In this document: piece after piece, positions 47,791 through 57,893 of the stretch
Layout: the number at the start of each line of letters is the position of its first letter
How positions within the stretch are numbered: the stretch's first letter is position 1
Assembly (NCBI GenBank): GCA_038040225.1
Contig: JBBPIS010000024.1
Location: 4,259 to 68,258, forward strand
From: Planctomycetota bacterium
GTDB taxonomy: Bacteria; Planctomycetota; Planctomycetia; Planctomycetales; Planctomycetaceae
Reading direction: 5' to 3'
DNA: 64,000 nt
Notes under the pieces: generated by a model
Seen by the model: only the letters and a program-made list of their open reading frames with translations
The model's database searches: none
Told to the model about the DNA's origin: nothing
Position numbers and translations under genes: made by a program

Positions 47791-48915
47791 ATGAAATCTT
47801 CTTGGCTCTCGCTCTTGAAACCCCTCCTGCCCGAACTGGTCGGGCTGCTCGTCCTGCTGTTGTTTCCAATTCTGCCGCTCGGCTGGCGATGGCTGCATCT
47901 GCCCGAGGTGATTCTGTTCGTCCCCGTGCAGGAAGTGCTCGACCGGGTGGCGGGCCAGCTTCCGATCATCTTCATTTTGACGATCCTCGCACTCGGGCTG
48001 AACGTGGTCGTCGGGTACACCGGCCTGCTGCACTTGGGAATGGGGGCGTTCTTCGGCATCGGCGCGTACCTCACCGGGATTCTCACCATTCCGGGGTATC
48101 CGTTTGAGTGCGGCTTCTGGCTCGCGCTGGTGTTGTCCACGTTCGGCGCGGCGCTGGCGGGAGTGATGCTCGCCGCGCCGACATTGCGGTTGCGCGGAGA
48201 CTATCTCGCGCTGGTGACGCTCGGCTTCGGCGAGGTCGTCCGGTTTTCGCTCCGCAATCTGGAAGAGATCACCGCCGGCACGAGGGCTCTCAACCCGATC
48301 CCGCCTCCGAATCTGACGTGGCTGGGGCTCACGCCGGGAAGTTGGAGCGACGACATGCGGCCGTTCTACTACCTGTGTCTGGTGATGCTTGCGGGGATGG
48401 TGTGGTTGTTGCGAAACCTCGAACGCTCGCGGCTCGGTCGAGCGTGGGTGGCAATTCGAGAAGATGAACTGGCGGCCACCTGCATGGGGATCAATGCCGC
48501 GCGAGCCAAACTCGCGGCCTTCGCGGTCGGGTCAGCGTTGGCCGGATTGGCCGGCAGCCTGTACGCGACGAAGCTCACCACCACGGCCGGTCCCGACGCC
48601 TACGACTTCAACCGCTCGATCATCGTGCTGGCGTGCGTGATCCTCGGCGGATTGGGGAGCATTCGCGGTGTCATCGTCGGTTCGTTCCTGCTCGTCGGCT
48701 TCGACAACGTCTTTGCCCCGATGCTCGACGGGATCATGCAGAAGGCGGCTGAGAGTGCATCCCAGAAATGGGACCTCAAACTGACCGACAATCCATTCCT
48801 GAAATTCACCAACTGGCGGTTGATGATCTTCGGTCTGGCGCTGGTGCTGATGATGCGGTACCGCCCCGAGGGCCTGCTCCCCTCCAAACGCGAATCCCAC
48901 GGGGAGGCAGTCTGA
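47791..48915 (+). CDS. livM: Branched-chain amino-acid ABC permease
   Basis: GLNVVVGYTGLLHLG, LRLRGDYLALVTLGFGE, SRLGRAW.AIREDE.AA..MGIN. Confidence 0.92.
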   Translation: MKSSWLSLLKPLLPELVGLLVLLLFPILPLGWRWLHLPEVILFVPVQEVLDRVAGQLPIIFILTILALGLNVVVGYTGLLHLGMGAFFGIGAYLTGILTIPGYPFECGFWLALVLSTFGAALAGVMLAAPTLRLRGDYLALVTLGFGEVVRFSLRNLEEITAGTRALNPIPPPNLTWLGLTPGSWSDDMRPFYYLCLVMLAGMVWLLRNLERSRLGRAWVAIREDELAATCMGINAARAKLAAFAVGSALAGLAGSLYATKLTTTAGPDAYDFNRSIIVLACVILGGLGSIRGVIVGSFLLVGFDNVFAPMLDGIMQKAAESASQKWDLKLTDNPFLKFTNWRLMIFGLALVLMMRYRPEGLLPSKRESHGEAV

Positions 48916-50411
48916 TGGCCCTGCTCTCTCTGCGCGGACTCACCATGCGGTTCGGCGGCCTGACCGCCGTCAGCGGCTTCGATCTGGAGGTCGAGCCGCT
49001 CAAGATCTATTCCATCATCGGACCCAACGGCGCCGGCAAGACCACGGCGTTCAATGCCATCACGGGCATCTATGCTCCGACGAGCGGAGAAATCGTCTTC
49101 GACAATCGCGAACTCCGCCGCCCGCCGACGTGGCACTTGTACGCCACCTGTGCCGTCGTGGCGATCGCGACTGGGTTGGGCCTGATGCTGATGACGGCCA
49201 ACATCGACACGCTGTGGCGAGTGGCGATCAAGAACAACAACGACGACGAAGCGCGGCAGCAACCAACGTCGGCGGCCGACTTCGCGAAATACGACTCGAA
49301 CTCGGATGGCCAGGTGTCGTTGAGCGAGTTGACCGACGGAGCAGCCTTGAAACCGGAGGGGCTGCTCGCGCGAGGCGACGACAACGGCGACGGGCAACTC
49401 AGTCGAACGGAGTACCTGCGAGCAGAACGCTGGCGGTTCGACTGGCCCAACGCACGGCGCGATGCGGCGCGGCAACTTCGCGGCGAGCCGGGCCTCGTCC
49501 GGCGAGGGAGCCGCTGGCAGATTGTCCCCGCGACCAGCAACCGTCTGCTGGCGACCGCTCCCCATCTCAAGCAAGCGCTGGTGACGCGCGACAACCATGC
49601 CGAGGCGGTCGCGCTCTCTCGCGGAGACTGGAGGCCGATCGAGCGTGATGGCAAGCAGGTCTTCCTCTCTGCCGATGGTCAACGAGAACTGTTGTCGGCT
49701 CCCGATGCAGACTCCGCCAAGATCAAGCTGGCTCAATTGAAAGAGGTCGCGGCTGAACAGACGACTCACCGCCGCAACCAGTGGCTCGCGCTGTTGGGAG
49801 GCATGCTGGTGGGCGGTCTGGGAACGTACTCGGTCTGGCAGCGATCGCGACGGACTCCCGATGTGATCGCCCTCGCCGGGATCGCCCGCACGTTTCAGAA
49901 CATCCGGCTGTTTCAGAACATGACCGTGCTGGAGAACGTGCTCGTCGGGATGGACCGCAGCTTCTCACCCAATCTGTTCGGCATGTTGTTCCATACGACG
50001 GCCCAGCGGCTTCAAGAGACTCAACGGCGTGCGCGGGCCAGGGAAATCCTCGAGTTTGTCGGCTTGGGCCTCAAACAAGAAAACCTCGCCAAAAACCTGC
50101 CGTATGGCGAACAGCGGCGACTTGAGATCGCGCGGGCGATGGCGGCGGAGCCAAAGCTGCTGCTGCTCGACGAGCCGGCCGCGGGCATGAACCCGACCGA
50201 GTCAGAAGAACTGATGCACCTCATCCGGCGGATTCGCGACACCGGCGCGACCGTGCTGCTGATCGAGCATCACATGAAACTGGTCATGGACATTTCCGAC
50301 CGGATCGCGGTGCTGGACTACGGCCAGAAGATCGCCGAGGGAACGCCGGCCGAAGTCCGGGCCAATCCCCGAGTCATCGAAGCGTACCTCGGCAAGGAAG
50401 ATGTCAGTTGA
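48915..50411 (+). CDS. livG: ABC ATPase LivG with ~240-aa internal TM/EF-hand insertion
   Basis: [37 protein letters not shown]; insertion at about 49120-49850. Confidence 0.9.
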   Translation: MALLSLRGLTMRFGGLTAVSGFDLEVEPLKIYSIIGPNGAGKTTAFNAITGIYAPTSGEIVFDNRELRRPPTWHLYATCAVVAIATGLGLMLMTANIDTLWRVAIKNNNDDEARQQPTSAADFAKYDSNSDGQVSLSELTDGAALKPEGLLARGDDNGDGQLSRTEYLRAERWRFDWPNARRDAARQLRGEPGLVRRGSRWQIVPATSNRLLATAPHLKQALVTRDNHAEAVALSRGDWRPIERDGKQVFLSADGQRELLSAPDADSAKIKLAQLKEVAAEQTTHRRNQWLALLGGMLVGGLGTYSVWQRSRRTPDVIALAGIARTFQNIRLFQNMTVLENVLVGMDRSFSPNLFGMLFHTTAQRLQETQRRARAREILEFVGLGLKQENLAKNLPYGEQRRLEIARAMAAEPKLLLLDEPAAGMNPTESEELMHLIRRIRDTGATVLLIEHHMKLVMDISDRIAVLDYGQKIAEGTPAEVRANPRVIEAYLGKEDVS

Positions 50412-50422
50412 AGAAGGAAGCG

Positions 50423-50540
50423 ATTGCAAAATGACAATTGGTAATTGCGAATTGCAAAATGGAAGACGAAAAGAGCGACCTCCGCCGCTGCCCCTCTTCT
50501 TCAATTTGCAATTTGCATTTCGCAATTACCAATTCGCAAT
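50423..50540. repeat. 7-mer-periodic inverted repeat (ATTGC/GCAAT type)
   Basis: ATTGGTAATTGCGAA / TTCGCAATTACCAAT, between livG and livF. Confidence 0.85.
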
Positions 50541-50585
50541 GTCCTCCCTCCTCACCGCCCCAACCTCATCGAAAGCCCAGGAACC

Positions 50586-51299
50586 TTGGCCAAACTGCTG
50601 ACCATCGAACAACTGCACGCCGGCTACGGGCCGATTGAGGTTCTCAAGGGGATCTCGATCGAGGTCAACGAGGGCGAGATCGTCACCATCATCGGGGCGA
50701 ACGGTGCTGGTAAGACGACGACGCTGATGACTGTCTCGGGTGCCATCAAGGCTCGCGCCGGCCGGATCGTCTGGTCGGGCCGTGAGATTCAAAACCTTCC
50801 GCCGCATGAGATCGTTCGACTCGGTCTCTGCCAGTCACCGGAAGGCCGCAAGATTTTTCCTCGGCTGACGGTGTTGGAGAATCTGGAACTCGGAGCCTAC
50901 ACCCGCCGCGACAAGGCCGGGATTCAGAAGGACATCGATCACGCTTACGAACTGTTTCCGATCCTGAGCGAGCGCAAGGCCCAGCTTGGTGGCACGCTCT
51001 CGGGCGGCGAGCAGCAGATGTTGGCGGTGGCCCGCGCCCTGATGGGGCGACCGAAACTGTTGCTGCTCGACGAACCGTCACTCGGGCTGGCTCCGCTCAT
51101 CGTGCTGAAGATCTTTGAAGTCATCCGCCGACTCAACGCCGAAGGGATGTCGGTGCTGCTGGTCGAACAGAACGCGCGGCTGGCTCTGAAGCTGGCTCAT
51201 CGCGGCTACGTGATGGAAACCGGCAGCATCACCATGAGCAATTCGGCCGACGTGCTGCTGAACGACCAGCGCGTGAAGGATGCGTACCTGGGCGAGTAG
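50586..51299 (+). CDS. livF: ABC ATPase LivF
   Basis: GANGAGKTT, QSPEGR, LSGGEQQML, LLLDEP, LVEQN; TTG start 50586. Confidence 0.92.
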   Translation: MAKLLTIEQLHAGYGPIEVLKGISIEVNEGEIVTIIGANGAGKTTTLMTVSGAIKARAGRIVWSGREIQNLPPHEIVRLGLCQSPEGRKIFPRLTVLENLELGAYTRRDKAGIQKDIDHAYELFPILSERKAQLGGTLSGGEQQMLAVARALMGRPKLLLLDEPSLGLAPLIVLKIFEVIRRLNAEGMSVLLVEQNARLALKLAHRGYVMETGSITMSNSADVLLNDQRVKDAYLGE

Positions 51300-51309
51300 C
51301 GGTGACCGA

Positions 51310-52029
51310 TCAGGATTCGCCCGCAGAAGCGGCCTTCTCCGCCGCCAGTCGTTGCTTCCTGATCGCAAGTCGATGCTGATACCACTCCCAGAAAGGAGGG
51401 AGCAGCGAGATGCCGACGATCGCCACCATCACCATCTCGAAGTTCTTCTGCACGATGGACAGGGTGCCGAAGTAGTACCCGAGCAGCGTGAAGATCAGCA
51501 CCCACACGATGCCGCCGACCACGTTGTAGAGGGCGAAACGGCGGTAATCCATCGCGCCGATCCCGGCCACGAACGGCGCGAATGTTCTGATGATCGGAAC
51601 GAACCGCGCGAGGATGATCGTCTTGCCGCCGTATTTGTCGAAGAATCGCTGCGTCTTTTCGAGATGTGCCTGCTTGAGGAACGGCAGCCTGCCGCTGAAG
51701 GCTCGCGGGCCGATCCAGCGCCCGATGGCATAGTTGACCGTGTCGCCCAAGACGGCGGCGATCATGAGCAGCGGCAGCAGCCACTCGATGTACAGCGTCC
51801 GGTCCGCCGCGAAGGCCCCCGCCGCGAACAGCAGGGAGTCCCCCGGCAGGAACGGAGTCACGATCAGGCCGGTCTCGCAGAAGATGACCGCGAACAGGAT
51901 CGCGTGCGACCAGACACCGTACTGAGCGACGATCTTCTTGAGTTCATCGTCGAGGTGAAACAGGAGATCGAAGCTCCACCAGAACAACTCGACCAGACTG
52001 TTGAACCACTGACTGAGCATTTCCATCAC
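51310..52029 (-). CDS. DedA family membrane protein
   Basis: FCETGL...FLPGDSLLF, GDTVNY.IGR, ARFVPIIRTFAPFVAG. Confidence 0.93.
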   Translation of the reverse strand: MMEMLSQWFNSLVELFWWSFDLLFHLDDELKKIVAQYGVWSHAILFAVIFCETGLIVTPFLPGDSLLFAAGAFAADRTLYIEWLLPLLMIAAVLGDTVNYAIGRWIGPRAFSGRLPFLKQAHLEKTQRFFDKYGGKTIILARFVPIIRTFAPFVAGIGAMDYRRFALYNVVGGIVWVLIFTLLGYYFGTLSIVQKNFEMVMVAIVGISLLPPFWEWYQHRLAIRKQRLAAEKAASAGES

Positions 52030-52054
52030 GTCGATCGTCCTTGATTGCCTGAGT

Positions 52055-52128
52055 CGTGGAGTAGGTTTTCAACCCGCCCGTGACCTCTTGGAAAAACGAA
52101 CTCGGGCAGGTTGAAACCCCACCCCACG
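52055..52128. repeat. REPIN-like inverted pair (GGTTTCAACC family)
   Basis: CGTGGAGTAGGTTTTCAACCCGCCCG / CGGGCAGGTTGAAACCCCACCCCACG. Confidence 0.7.
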
Positions 52129-52147
52129 CCCCTTGTTCAACAGACTG

Positions 52148-53866
52148 TTACTTGGCGGGCGGTTGAGAATCGACGGCCTTCGTTGCCGGTTGCACAACGG
52201 CGTTCGGCTTGCCTGCCAGACCGAGTTGCTTCATCAGCTTCGGGACTTCTGCAATCGAGGTCGCCGTCGCCGCGATCGAGAAGAACAGGCCGGCCATGAT
52301 CAAGGAGATGCGGCGAGTCCAACTCGGCCTGATCTCATTCGGCAGCAGCGTGCTGTTGACGGCCACCACGTGCCAGCAACTGAAGCCGAGCGCGAAGTTG
52401 TAGAGCATTCCGGAAAAGATCAGCAACGCGTTGGCATCCACGAAGACCAGCATCACCATGCCGCAGATCGCGTAGACGCACAGCACACCGAAGTAGAGTT
52501 TGCCGATGTGCTTGGTGTCCCATTTCCGCAGCGACGGAAGAGCTGTCCAGCAGACATCGACCCAGCGCCGCAAGACGCCATCGGCCGTCGAGACCATGCT
52601 CGTCATCAGCACCAGCAGACCGCAGAACATCGTCATGTACCAGAAGAACGGGCCGAATGTCGGACCGGCCGCTTCTTGAACCCCGCCCGCTGTCATCGCC
52701 GACGCCAGGTTCTTGTCGTCCAGGACCGTGCCGCGCGCCAGGAACTGGACCGACAACATGCTCGGCAGCGCGATGCCGAGGAAGCAGGCAGGCATCCAAA
52801 TGCAAAGCTGCTCGCGCTGGACGTGGCCGAGCCACCCCTTCCAGCGCTCCAGCGACTCATGTGTGACTTTGAAGACCATCCCCACGTGAGACAGCTCGAT
52901 CGCGTGCCCCCCCACGATGCTGGGGATCGCGCCGACGTGCTTGCCCATTCCCCAACCCTGCTCGCGCGTGAAGTTGCTGATCGGCGTATTCGTCAGCCCG
53001 CCGTTGCCCGAGATCGCCACCATCGAACCGAGCAACCCGATCACGGTCATGTCGATCAGTGGCCAGCTGCGACCGTCAAACAGCGCCGAGAAAACATTGT
53101 CAGTGTTCGGTCCCAGTTCGGGTTCGCCCTCGTCGCGCTTGCCGTTGTGGTTGGCATCCCCTTCCGGCGGAATGGGGACGGTCCCCACCTTCAGAAAACC
53201 GGTGCTGATTTCGACCCAGGTCGCGGGCTTGGAATAGAAGACGGCCAGAAACATCAGGAAGCCGAGCACCACCACCAGCTTGAAGGCCATGATCGCTTTG
53301 ATCGAGTTGTAAACCTTGCCGCCGACCAGCAGCGGCAGCAACACGGCGAGAAACATGCCGCAGCCCAACATCGTCACGAACATCTTATCGTCATCGACCT
53401 TGAGGTCGGGCATGCGCTGGTTCAACATCGCGAAGAGCGGGATCGCGGCACTCGACGCCAGATACGGCAGAAACGAACCGCAGTCGAGCAACAGATAGAC
53501 GCACAGCCAAAACATCGGCCCCGGCAGCGTGCGGAACTTGCCCGTGAAGATCGGCTCGCCGGTGTAGAGGGCATAGCGGCTGATCTCGATGTTGTAGATG
53601 ACCTGCCCGATGATGCTGAACGCCGACAGCCACAACAGCGCCGGCCCGAAGCGAGCCGTGACCTGTGGACCCGTCAGCCACTCGCCACCACCAATCGCAG
53701 CGGCGGCCATGACGACGCTCGGCCCAATGATCGCAGTCCAGTTGCGCCAGCGAAAAACGGGAGACTCGGGCAGCTCGCCTCCATCCCAGCGGGGCATCTG
53801 TTGAGACCCCGGATGTGGCGGGAAGTTGGTGGCAGTTTCAGCGGCCTTCGCGGTCGAGTCAGACAT
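52148..53866 (-). CDS. NRAMP-like (APC superfamily) transporter
   Basis: IGPSVV....AIGGGEW..GP, N.EI.RY..YTGE; about 11 TM. Confidence 0.8.
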   Translation of the reverse strand: MSDSTAKAAETATNFPPHPGSQQMPRWDGGELPESPVFRWRNWTAIIGPSVVMAAAAIGGGEWLTGPQVTARFGPALLWLSAFSIIGQVIYNIEISRYALYTGEPIFTGKFRTLPGPMFWLCVYLLLDCGSFLPYLASSAAIPLFAMLNQRMPDLKVDDDKMFVTMLGCGMFLAVLLPLLVGGKVYNSIKAIMAFKLVVVLGFLMFLAVFYSKPATWVEISTGFLKVGTVPIPPEGDANHNGKRDEGEPELGPNTDNVFSALFDGRSWPLIDMTVIGLLGSMVAISGNGGLTNTPISNFTREQGWGMGKHVGAIPSIVGGHAIELSHVGMVFKVTHESLERWKGWLGHVQREQLCIWMPACFLGIALPSMLSVQFLARGTVLDDKNLASAMTAGGVQEAAGPTFGPFFWYMTMFCGLLVLMTSMVSTADGVLRRWVDVCWTALPSLRKWDTKHIGKLYFGVLCVYAICGMVMLVFVDANALLIFSGMLYNFALGFSCWHVVAVNSTLLPNEIRPSWTRRISLIMAGLFFSIAATATSIAEVPKLMKQLGLAGKPNAVVQPATKAVDSQPPAK

Positions 53867-54166
53867 GGGAGCGCATTCATTGGAGCAGGAGACAAGTTCA
53901 ACCGGAGTCCACCCAGAAGAGGAGCGACACACGGGCCGACGATGTTAGTCACTGCCCCCACGGGATGCGAGCATCGGTGACGGCGAATCGGTTGCCACGA
54001 CACAGATCAACCGATGTGTGGAGCGATGCCGCTCGCTTGGCAGTCTTTCCGATGGCCTCTACGATATGCCCCGAAAGACGCTTGGCGGGGACGCGACAAC
54101 GGATCACCCCCGTTCGACTTTGCAAATTTCTTCAGATCCGGCGGAACAACGAAAGTATTCTCGATC

Positions 54167-55366
54167 ATGGCCAAGCAGACGATCGCCGATGTCCCAGTCT
54201 CCGGCAAGGCCGTTCTCATGCGGTGTGATTTCAACGTGCCACTCGACGACGCACAGCAGATCACCGACGACCGACGCATCACTGAGGCACTTCCATCGAT
54301 CAAGTCGGTCCTCGATCGCAGTGGCCGAGTCATCCTGATGAGCCACCTCGGGCGACCCGAAGGAAAAGACCCGGCCGCAGACGCCAAGTACAGCCTCGCA
54401 CCGGTGGCGACTCGGTTGAAGGAGTTGCTCGGCTGTTCGGTCCACTTCGCGGCGGACACGGTTGGTGACGAAGCGAAGGCCAAGTCGGCCGCCCTCCAGA
54501 ATGGCGAGGTCTTGCTGCTTGAAAACGTCCGCTTCAACAAGGGGGAGAAAAAGGGAGACCCCGAGTACGCCGCGGTCCTCGCCGCGATGGGCGACATCTA
54601 CTGCAACGACGCCTTCGGCACGTGCCATCGCACGGAAGGCTCAATGGTCGCCGTGCCGAATGCCATGACCGGCAAGCCCAAGGTCTGCGGGTTCCTCGTC
54701 GAAAAGGAAATCAAGTTCCTGTCGGAAGCCATCGCCAAACCGGCCCGCCCCTTCGTGGCGATCGTCGGTGGCGCGAAAGTCTCGGACAAAATCAACGTCA
54801 TCCAAAACCTGCTGGCGATTTGCGACAAGGTGCTCATTGGTGGAGCGATGGCCTACACCTTCTCGCTCGCGCAGGGTGGCAGCGTCGGTCGCAGTCGCGT
54901 GGAGAAGGACAAGGTCGATCTCGCGAACGAACTGATCGCCAGTGGAGGCGACAAACTGCTGCTGCCGCTCGACACTCACTGCGGCGACGATTTCAGAGGG
55001 ACGTGCAACAAGCAGGTCGTTCCCGCCGGCAAGATTCCCGATGAGGGAAGTTGGGAGGGCTTCGACATCGGTCCCGCGACGATCGCCAAGTACGAGGCGG
55101 TCATCAAGTCGGCCAAGACCGTCGTCTGGAACGGCCCGATGGGTGTGTTCGAGATGCCGCCGTTCGACGCCGGCACGCGAGCCGTCGCCGAAGCGATTGT
55201 CGCGAGCGGTTCGGTCAGCATCATCGGCGGAGGCGACAGCGCCGCCGCGATCCAGGAGTTCGGCCTGGCAGACAAGGTGACCCACGTGAGCACCGGAGGC
55301 GGTGCCAGTTTGGAAATGCTCGAAGGCAAGAAGTTCGTCGCCGTCGAACTGCTCGACGACAAATGA
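54167..55366 (+). CDS. pgk: Phosphoglycerate kinase
   Basis: [47 protein letters not shown]. Confidence 0.97.
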   Translation: MAKQTIADVPVSGKAVLMRCDFNVPLDDAQQITDDRRITEALPSIKSVLDRSGRVILMSHLGRPEGKDPAADAKYSLAPVATRLKELLGCSVHFAADTVGDEAKAKSAALQNGEVLLLENVRFNKGEKKGDPEYAAVLAAMGDIYCNDAFGTCHRTEGSMVAVPNAMTGKPKVCGFLVEKEIKFLSEAIAKPARPFVAIVGGAKVSDKINVIQNLLAICDKVLIGGAMAYTFSLAQGGSVGRSRVEKDKVDLANELIASGGDKLLLPLDTHCGDDFRGTCNKQVVPAGKIPDEGSWEGFDIGPATIAKYEAVIKSAKTVVWNGPMGVFEMPPFDAGTRAVAEAIVASGSVSIIGGGDSAAAIQEFGLADKVTHVSTGGGASLEMLEGKKFVAVELLDDK

Positions 55367-55394
55367 GGGGGTTCTTCGCGGACTTCTTTCCGGT

Positions 55395-55454
55395 CCCCTC
55401 GCCCCGGCGGGCACCGCCGCTTCGGTGGTCCGGAGAGAGGGTCAGGGTGAGGGG
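55395..55454. repeat. CCCTCxCCC / GGGTGAGGGG intergenic palindromic repeat
   Basis: CCCCTCGCCCC...GGAGAGAGGGTCAGGGTGAGGGG with an inner hairpin. Confidence 0.6.
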
Positions 55455-55493
55455 TCTTCTGCGTTTTTTGGCCTTTCAGAAGGGAACGTCGCC

Positions 55494-55853
55494 ATGATCG
55501 CCACACCTGACGTCTCCGAACCCGAGGCTCAAGTCCGGCCGAAGCACCGCGCGGAACCATCGAAGACCAAACCCAGGAAGCAGCCGCAGTACGCCGTCAT
55601 CGTCCTCAATGACGACCTCCACACCTACGACTACGTGATCGAAGCCCTTTGTCGAGTCTGCGGCCACTCGGTTGTGAGCGCGTACCAACTCGCCAAGGAA
55701 GTCGACGAGACCGGCCGCGCGATCGTCTGGACTGGCACGTTGGAACTGGCGGAACTGAAGCGCGACCAACTCCGAGGCTTCGGCCCCGACACCTACGCCC
55801 GCCAACCGGTCGAGTTTCCGCTGGGAGTCGTCATCGAACCACTCCCCGCGTAG
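55494..55853 (+). CDS. clpS: ATP-dependent Clp protease adaptor ClpS
   Basis: YAVIVLNDDLHTYDYV, EVDETGRAIV, E.AELK. Confidence 0.88.
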   Translation: MIATPDVSEPEAQVRPKHRAEPSKTKPRKQPQYAVIVLNDDLHTYDYVIEALCRVCGHSVVSAYQLAKEVDETGRAIVWTGTLELAELKRDQLRGFGPDTYARQPVEFPLGVVIEPLPA

Positions 55854-55872
55854 CACATGTTGCCGGCATGTG
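55850..55872 (+). repeat. GTAG-type REP-like hairpin overlapping the clpS stop
   Basis: GTAG-CACATG-TTGCCGG-CATGTG. Confidence 0.45.
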
Positions 55873-55933
55873 AGTCTTTGTCCTAGCAGTTTGTGCCACG
55901 TTCGACCGAGTGCAAGTCAGGGGGCTGGTTGCA

Positions 55934-56374
55934 ATGTTCACCATGATTGCGTCGCTGCTTGACAGACTGCTGCGGCCGGGCAGGGACTGGGTACTCGTGT
56001 CGGTCGCAATGTACTTGCTCGCTTGCGTGCTGCCAGCCATTAACATCGGCTCCGCTCGGATTTCAGGCTTTGAATGCCTGATCTCAATGATGTTTTTCCA
56101 CCCGTCATGGTGGGCGAATCCGACCTACTTCGTGGCCGTCATCGCTTCGCTGCTGAACCGCACCCGCACCGCAGTCGTCTTTGCCGTCGTGGCCGCTCTG
56201 CTTGCGGTGTTCTACATTTTGGAGGGGTTCTACAATCATGGTGTGACGCAAACGATGAACGGTCTGGAGCCGGGCTGCCACGTGTGGATCGCGAGCCTGC
56301 TGTTGCTGGCGTGGCATGAACTCTGGCGGCAATGGCAGAAGAGCCTGGACCGCGGACCCGATGAGTCCGCGTGA
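55934..56374 (+). CDS. Small four-TM hypothetical protein
   Basis: Hydrophobic segments, WWANP motif. Confidence 0.65.
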   Translation: MFTMIASLLDRLLRPGRDWVLVSVAMYLLACVLPAINIGSARISGFECLISMMFFHPSWWANPTYFVAVIASLLNRTRTAVVFAVVAALLAVFYILEGFYNHGVTQTMNGLEPGCHVWIASLLLLAWHELWRQWQKSLDRGPDESA

Positions 56375-56410
56375 GGCCTCGCCGGTTCAATCGACTGCTT
56401 GCCAATGAAG

Positions 56411-56440
56411 CGACCCGGCGGTCCATTGATCGCCGGGTCG
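56411..56440. terminator. Hairpin between convergent genes
   Basis: CGACCCGGCG-(10 nt)-CGCCGGGTCG; weak U tract. Confidence 0.5.
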
Positions 56441-56482
56441 TTGTCATGAAATCAGGTGGCGATGTCTATCGACAGCCGTTGA

Positions 56483-57139
56483 CTACTGAGCGTTCTTGCT
56501 TCGTGGTCGATTGCCGCCGAACGGCTGAATCTCACCCTTGAACGGTTCGCCCACCAGCTTCTCCCATGCCTTCTTCTGATCGTCCTTGAGAAGGGCCAGC
56601 ACCTTGTCGCCCGTGTCTTTGCGAAGGGTTTCGAACTTCTTGCGAGCTTCCTCGCGGTTGCCGTCGCCACCCGCACCTCGGAACTGCTCACGCAACGCGG
56701 ACGTGAAGCCGTCGGCGATTTCCTTGACCTTGACCTGTTGATCGTCGGAGAGTCCGACTTCCTTTGCTACCTCAGGGCGAGCGAGTGCCAAGGGGCCGGC
56801 CTGCTGCAGCACGATTTCCTTCAGACGCTTCGACTGGTCGGCGCTCAGAATTCCAGCCACATCCTTGTCGGCTGTCTGACGAGCCTCTTCAAACTTCTTC
56901 CGTGCTTCCTCACGGTCTCCACCACCGCCGCCGAACGATTCTCGCAACTTCGCCCCGACCTGCTTCAATTTCTCGATCTGATCCGCCGACAGCTTCAGTT
57001 CGTCCTGAACGGACTTCTGCTGGACCAGCGTCGTACCCGAAATCGCACCAACTCCACCTCGTCCGCCTTGGGCAAACGCCTGGCCGACCATCAGTTGCAG
57101 GACCATTCCCGCCAGAACCCATCGCAGTGCCTTGAACAT
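56483..57139 (-). CDS. Secreted Spy/CpxP-like helical repeat protein
   Basis: Signal peptide ending AFA; VQDELKLSADQ, LSADQ.KRL.EI, EVGLSDDQ; GGAG RBS. Confidence 0.8.
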   Translation of the reverse strand: MFKALRWVLAGMVLQLMVGQAFAQGGRGGVGAISGTTLVQQKSVQDELKLSADQIEKLKQVGAKLRESFGGGGGDREEARKKFEEARQTADKDVAGILSADQSKRLKEIVLQQAGPLALARPEVAKEVGLSDDQQVKVKEIADGFTSALREQFRGAGGDGNREEARKKFETLRKDTGDKVLALLKDDQKKAWEKLVGEPFKGEIQPFGGNRPRSKNAQ

Positions 57140-57276
57140 CGCCTGTCTCCTGAGAGCTTGAGAGTGATTCGCGGCCTCGGCCAACATGGGCACGGGAGGG
57201 AGCCGCACGGCGATTCAGTGTAGCTCGGTCGCACCGGAGTTACAGGGTGCGAAGCAACTCGACTTGGATGAGCGAC

Positions 57277-57314
57277 AAAACAAACAGGCCGCATGGCGTC
57301 CCATGCGGCCTGTT
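57277..57314 (-). terminator. Intrinsic terminator
   Basis: 14-bp perfect stem AACAGGCCGCATGG-CGTC-CCATGCGGCCTGTT, T-rich tail on the minus strand. Confidence 0.8.
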
Positions 57315-57341
57315 CCAGTCCCCTTGTTCAACGTGAATCGC

Positions 57342-57530
57342 TTACCGACGGAGCCCACCAAACAGGGCCGCATTCTTGCGGCGCTCGAGTTCCATCAATC
57401 GGGAGAAAAAGCCATCTCCCCGGGCGACCGTGGTGCCGTTGCCATTGACGACCTGTCGCCGGGCGGCTTGTGCCTCACCCGTGACGAGGACCATCGCCGC
57501 CAGAGCGGCCAGAATCAGAAAGCTGCGCAT
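57342..57530 (-). CDS. Small secreted peptide (62 aa)
   Basis: AAGGA RBS; signal peptide ending AQA; GFFSRLMELERRKNA. Confidence 0.7.
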   Translation of the reverse strand: MRSFLILAALAAMVLVTGEAQAARRQVVNGNGTTVARGDGFFSRLMELERRKNAALFGGLRR

Positions 57531-57893
57531 CAGGTGTTGTTCCTTTTTCAAGAGGGGTCGATTCGAACGTCAGAGTCATCGCTCCCGCCACCGGCCGGGG
57601 ACCGCGACCCCGACCGGCAGAATCCGCCAGATGACTGGCTGCCCCTAGCTTCGGCCAGTCTCGACGAGTGAGGCGACTCGTTCACCCGCGATTCGGCAAT
57701 TTTGGCCGGACCCGTTCCACGAGTTTCGATGACGTTGAGCCAACCGGTCGCACGGGGGCCTTCCCGTTTCAGCAGTCTCGCCGATCGAAGCCGTCGGCAA
57801 ACTTCCGCTAATCATACCGACAGTCATAGACATCCCCGCTCGCCCAATGCTCGTTTCATCACCGCATGGTGCAGAAGCGACGGGCGACCACAT

